Source: the human T2T-CHM13v2.0 reference genome, Homo sapiens
Assembly: GCF_009914755.1 (NCBI RefSeq)
Contig: NC_060927.1
Reading direction: 5' to 3' (one strand)
DNA: 64,000 bases
Shown piece after piece: positions 58,150-64,000 of this stretch. The notes beneath the pieces were generated by a model, which was not told the origin of the DNA, ran no database searches, and worked only from the letters and a program-made list of their open reading frames with translations. Position 1 is the first letter of the stretch. The number at the start of each line of letters is the position of its first letter. The position numbers and the translations under genes are program-made.

Positions 58150-58379
58150 ACCTCTTCCTCTTGCATGTTCTTCTTCTTCTCCCTCTCTTTCCTCTGTTTC
58201 TCAGTTTTCTCCTTCTTCTACTCCTCCCACTTTTCCTCCTCTTCCATTTCCTTCTCTTGCTCTTTCTTGTCTTTCCCCTCCTTCTTCTATTCCTCCTCCT
58301 TCCCTTCCCTCCATTTTTTTCTCTTCCTTCTCAGCTCAACTCCTCGTTCTTCCTTCCCTCTCCTTCCCTCTTTTCTCCT
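58150..58379. repeat. Polypyrimidine (CT-rich) low-complexity tract
   Basis: About 230 bp almost entirely C/T. Confidence 0.9.
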
Positions 58380-60317
58380 AGGGCTCCTGGTAGAGAATGT
58401 AGATGATGATGATGGTAATCGTGATTTTGATGTTATCATTTGGCCAGCTTGGATTTCTAGTTTCTTGTCATCTTCCCCTCTGGTGGGAAAGGGATCATTC
58501 AGTGTAAGAATTTGAAGGTCTGCTGTGAAAGGCAATCATTATTAGACAGAGAAAGGCTGGTTTGTCTTACATATTTAGAAACTATGTTTGGGAGAAGGGA
58601 GAAACATGAAGGGTAAAAAAAGACTGAGGGAAATGAGGTGGGAGAAGAGAGAGAGAAAGACTAGAAAGAAGGGGCTTGAGGGAGCTCCTCAGATACTTAT
58701 TCTGATTGATCCGAAAGGCGATTAGTTCAGCTGTGTTTGGTACCATCCTCTCTACTTGGGTGTGTTTGTCAGCAGCCACCAGGAAGCCACTGTCAGGCGA
58801 AGCACGTGCTGGCAAGCCCTTCCAGCCACTGAAGGATGTGGTGGTGCAGTTACATTATTGTTGTTATTCCTATCAGCTGACCAGTTCCCCAGCTCCCTCC
58901 TTGAGCCTTGTGCTTGTTAAATTTTTTACAGACACAATCTCTACACCCCATAAGTTGGGCAGCATAAGAAACTAAAGCCTACTTGTTCTCTATTCGTCTG
59001 CTGTATAATTGGGCCTGGAAAATACTTAACTAGGTCTTTGGGAGCAATACATAATTTGCTGTCCTCTGTATATAAGCTGAACTGCTGATTGAGGATCAAA
59101 GGAGCATGATCATTGATTTAATTAACTTATAGACTACTTGGTGGGGGGCAATAGACATACACATGAAGTCGGGGGCTAATTAACCCTACAAGAATATAAG
59201 AGACACTAAAAGTCACTATGACTAAATGCCCAATTGATGGCAGAAATGTAAGAGATATAGGATCCATTAAAAGTTCTTTATTAGAATTGCAGATATCACC
59301 AAAAGATGGGCAAGATACATTTAATACATTTGCAAATAAATGTGTGTCACCTATAACCCATTCTTAGACTAACAACAACAAATTCTAAATATCTGCAGGT
59401 CAAATGTAACTCAATACTGTTTTATAAAATACAGTATTTCTTCAAATAGGATCATCCTTTTCTAGAAGCAATCACAAGGCCTAAGGAGATTTGCAGCAAT
59501 GGAAAGGATTTTTTTTCTCCCCTGTAATGAATAGATTAAAAGCTTAATCCCAAGGTCTGTCTCTGAGTCCAAGTATAATTGTGGTATGAGTCATTCTGAA
59601 TGGGTTTTTTCATATACACTCAGCACTGTAAGGCATTTAGGGGAAAGCATCAAAGTTTTGAAAGATAATAAAAGAGACAACTTTCAGCAAACCTTGTGAC
59701 CCTGAAAGGGATGCCCAAGATGAATCCCTTTCAGTATCAGGCTCCTAAGAAAACACTGATTTTACTTCAGGACACTTGAGGCCTGGATTGTCTTGTGAGG
59801 AGTTTCAGAAGGGCATCCACTCCTATATTCCTAGTTACTGACCTGTCAGATGCTGGCTTTGCAAAGATCGTCGTTAGTCCTTTGGCTCATCAATGCCAGG
59901 CCTATCCTGCAGGTCAGCGTGAAGCAATGTGAAAAAATGGTCCATCCAATTCCTGAGTCTATTCCCAAGAAGCAAGGCTTACAGATAGTGGGAAATTGAT
60001 TTATTATCAGTGCTTAAAAGAGAATAATTTAAAACTTTCTTGGGGTTCAGAAGAGTAAACACTTGAAATAAGACCTGTTTGGACATTGCATGGGTGAAGT
60101 GATGCTCTAAAGAAGTTGAGGCTCAATTTGAGGAAAACCAGGACAGATGACCTTCAGAGCAAGAAACAAAGCATGCCTTTCATCTTTACCTTTGTGCATG
60201 GAGGGGAAAGATTGACTACATGGGATGATGGCTAGTTGACAGGCCTGTTGCTTTTTACTCAACAGACATTTAACTCGTATTTATCAAGCAAGTATGTGTA
60301 GCAAGGATTGAGGGAGG

Positions 60318-60572
60318 CAGCCCAGCTTTAGTGGTTAAGAGCATGAGCTCTGGAGCCAGACTGCCTGGGTTCAAATCCCAGTCTAGCACTTGCTAGCTGC
60401 GTGGTGTTGAGTGGTTTTTCTTAATCTCCCTGGGTCCCAATTTCCTCATCTGCAAAACAATGATCATAGTACCTATTGAGAGGGTTTGTTATAAAGCTTA
60501 GATGGATTAATATTTATTAAGGGTTTAACACACTGCCTGATGACACATATTAAGTGCTCAACAAATATTAGT
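60318..60572 (+). mobile_element. Near full-length MIR
   Basis: GTGGTTAAGAGCATGAGCTCTGGAGCCAGACTGCCTGGGTTCAAATCCC...TAAGTGCTCAACAAATATTAG. Confidence 0.88.
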
Positions 60573-61333
60573 TGCTAAGGTTGATAGGTGCTGTGTCAGA
60601 TGCAAAGATAAATCCAGAAGAGGGAGATAGCCAGGTACAGACTTTACACACAAATGGTGTCCACATAAGAATGTTGGGTTTAAATTGCTTTTTTCCCTAT
60701 CTTGTATCTACGTTCCATTCAGAAAGTAACAGGAGTAGAGGGCTGTCCCCTGGACTGGGGCCTAAGAGAAGGTATAGGGAACTCAGGGAGAGGCTCCTCC
60801 TCAGAGAAGTCTTTTCTGCAGATTCATCCAGTTCAGCAAGCATGAGCCCTGGGGCCCCACCAATTCAAGGAGGAGCTAAATTGGCAGATGTTTATTGAGC
60901 CAGGACTATAATCAAGGAAGCTGGCTGGCTGCTGCAGGAATGGAGAAACAAACATTTACTGAAAGCCCCATGTGCCAGGCATTATATGAGGCATTTTCCA
61001 TGAATTATTGTACTTACAAGTGGCACCATCCCTAAAAGGTAGGCATTCTCATTTTTACCCTATTTACAGGTGAAAAAAATCAAAGGTAGGTGATTTGTCC
61101 AAGCTCACACATCAGCAAGTGACTGAGCCTCAATTCTTCCCCAGAACGGTCTTCTTTCTGAGCTTATTCGCTTGCTATGGTATTTCCCGGGGTGTGTACA
61201 AGACTCAGTTCATGCCCTCAAAGAACTTACAGTCTGGCAGGAATATCACAGATGAAAACTCCGTACCATTTCTTCCTCCACTGAATGGTCAGTAATAGGG
61301 AGAGATTTCTTCCTTTCCTATACAATCTTAGTA

Positions 61334-61680
<347 letters not shown>

Positions 61681-61964
61681 TAAATTCAATAAAAATAACA
61701 AAAACATTAACTGCCATTATCGAGTGTCTAGAATGTGGCCAGGAACTGCATATGATAATCTCATTTAATCCTCCCAGCGCAATGATCCTGTTTACCCACA
61801 GAGCAAGTGAGGCCCAGGGAGGTTTAGTAATTTGCCCAAGACTACATCATAAAAGTGGTAGGCCTGAGCTTCAAAGCCAGGCTATTTCCACCCAGAGTAT
61901 GAGCTGTTAATGACTAAGCTATGATGTCAGAAGGGCCGTGTCACTCCTGTTTGCCTTGTACATG

Positions 61965-62528
61965 CAGTTGTTCCTCATTGTTCACAGTAGTAGTTAGTTA
62001 TGTTCTATAAAGATGTCTTGAGGACTGAATTTACAAACACCAAACCATTATTCCTAGGGAAGACAGGATTAGATTCCTGCAAGCCTCTAGTCATAACATT
62101 TTTGTCAGCTGATGAATACATACCCTTGTCTTTTGTGTGTTTCCAAATATGGTCTCTAAGCGTATTTTCTCTGTAAGGCACATCACAGCCTTCCTGCCCT
62201 TAGAAACACTAGACAGCACTTTAGCACTGTGGCTGGGACCATTTCAAACAGAGAAATCCCAATAAAATGCACAAAAATGTAAAAAGCATGACACTGAATA
62301 TACTGCAAAAGGGACACTGCTTACAGGATTAGCTGAAACAAGAAGGCAGAGCATCACCTTGCTTAGCCTCAGCCAGGAATGTGCACCTAGGGGAGCTCAA
62401 ATTTTTCACCCTCTCTGCATGTCTGTCAATGATCTTAAAAGTGCTGTATCGATTTTAGGGTTACACATCAATTTTAGCAAGTAAACAAATTCTCAAATAT
62501 GAAATCCGTAAAAAATGGGACTCTACTA
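61965..62528 (-). mobile_element. MER82-like Tc1/mariner (Tigger) DNA transposon
   Basis: Degenerate CAGTTG...ACT(A) termini; GTTATGTTCTATAAAG and AAATTCTCAAATATGAAATCCG. Confidence 0.75.
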
Positions 62529-62558
62529 TACTCCTCACCTTTTAAAAGATTACATCTA

Positions 62559-64000
62559 GGAGAGGCGGAGCAAGATGGTGGAATAAAAGGCTCCATGGAT
62601 CCTCTCCCCAACAAGGACACCAATTTAACAACTATATACACAGAAAAAACACCTTCATAATAATCAAAAATCAGGTGAGCCCTCATAGTACCTGGTTTTA
62701 ACTTCATAGTGCTGAAAGAGGCACTGAAGAGATAGAAAAAAGTCCTGAATCGCCGACGCCACCCCTTCCCCATCCCTGGCAGCTGTGACCTGGTGCAGAG
62801 AGCATCTCTGAGTGCTGGGGGAGGGAGAGGATAGCAATTGTGAGGCATTGAACCCAGGGCTGTCCTGTTAGAGCAGAAAGGAAAACCAGACCAAACCCAG
62901 CTGATGCCTGCCAAGGGAGGGAGCATTTAAAACAGCCCTACCCAGCAGTCCAAACGTGAGTGCCTGCAAACCTCGCCTCCAAGGGCCAGAGTGCTCTCAG
63001 TCTCTAAATAAACTTGAAAAGCAGTCTAGGCCATAAGGACAGCAACTCTTAGAAGAGTCCTACTCCTGAACTGGCCCAGAGACAGTAGAGTAGGGGGACA
63101 GGTGACCTACTGAGGCACCAGCTGGGGTAGCCAAGGGAGTGCTGGCATCACCCTTTTCCTAACCCCAGGCTGCACAGCTCATGGCTCCAAAAAAGACCCC
63201 TTCCTTTCGCTTGAGGAGAGGAGAGGGAAGAGTGGGGAGGACTTTGTCTTGCATCCTGGATACCAGATGAGCCACAGCAGGATAGGGTACTGGTAAGAGT
63301 TGTGAGGCCTCATTTCCAGGCCCTGGCTACCAGATGACATTTCTAGACATACCCTGGGCTAGAAGGGAACCTGATGCCTTAAAGGAAAGGCCCCAGTTCC
63401 AGCAGCATTCATCACCTGCTCACTGAAGAGCCCTTGGGCCTTGAGTAACAAGCAGCAATACCCAGGTACTGCATCGAGTCCTCGGGTGAACCTCTGAGAC
63501 TTGGTGGCTTCAGGTGAGACTCAGCATATTACCAGCTGTGGTGGCTACAGGGCAAAACTCCTTCTGCTTGAGAAAAGCAGAGGGAAAAGTAAAGAGGACT
63601 TTGTCTTACACCTTAGGTACCAGCATGGCCACAGAGGGATAGAGCACCAAGCAGACTCTTGGAGTCCCTGATTCCAGAACTTAACTCTTGGATGGCATAT
63701 CTGGATCTGCTCTGGGCCAAAGGGGAGCCCACTGCTCTAAAGGGTGAGTCCCAGCCCAGGCAGCATTTACCACAGCTGACTTAAGAGCCCTTGGGCCTTA
63801 AGAGAACATTGTTGGTAATCTGGCAGTTCTCTTTGTGGCTTGTAGTTATGGGGAGGCTCCTCCAACTTTGAAAGGGGAGAGAAGAGTGGGAAGGACTACA
63901 TCTCATGGTTTGAGTGCCAGCTCAGCTGCAGTACAATAGAACACCAGGTAAACTTATAAGGTTTTTGACTGTAGCCCCTGACTCCCGGACAATACAACTG
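62559..64000 (+). mobile_element. 5' UTR of an L1MA1-3-type (L1M1 5' end) LINE, running off the right edge
   Basis: Starts GGAGAGGCGGAGCAAGATGG (YY1-type site), preceded by TT|AAAAGATTACATCTA; internal 300-360 bp repeat units GAGGG(A)AGAGT...GGACTTTGTCTT near 63220, 63580 and 63880. Confidence 0.85.

Noticed and set aside
58125-58515. Leu/Phe/Ser-rich ORFs resembling membrane or signal peptides
   Set aside because: Artefact of the CT-rich tract.

Overview
Primate (hominoid-type, most likely human) non-coding genomic DNA. I see no protein-coding exon, RNA gene or CRISPR-like array. The supplied ORFs are chance frames in Alu, L1, LTR or simple-repeat sequence, apart from broken L1 ORF2 fragments. 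Roughly half the window is recognisable transposon sequence: a solo LTR12 (HERV9; TSD AGAT), a solo LTR7 (HERV-H; TSD CTGGG), MER50, many MaLR/ERVL LTRs, 23 Alu copies, a 5'-truncated L1PB/late-L1PA carrying six co-oriented Alus, the 5' end of an apparently full-length L1MA-type element, L2/MIR fragments and MER DNA transposons. Repeat subfamily names come from recalled consensus similarity, not from a database search. I cannot support a new biological system here. The most unusual signal is a 219-bp insertion (47670-47888) stitched from three nearby donor segments, with 3-4 bp microhomology at all four junctions, i.e. a fossil of serial template switching. Next are a TSD-flanked, A-tailed micro-insertion of unknown source (4952-4998), a template-switch hairpin in an Alu tail (3119-3143), several young micro-duplications, and two convergent LTR promoters.
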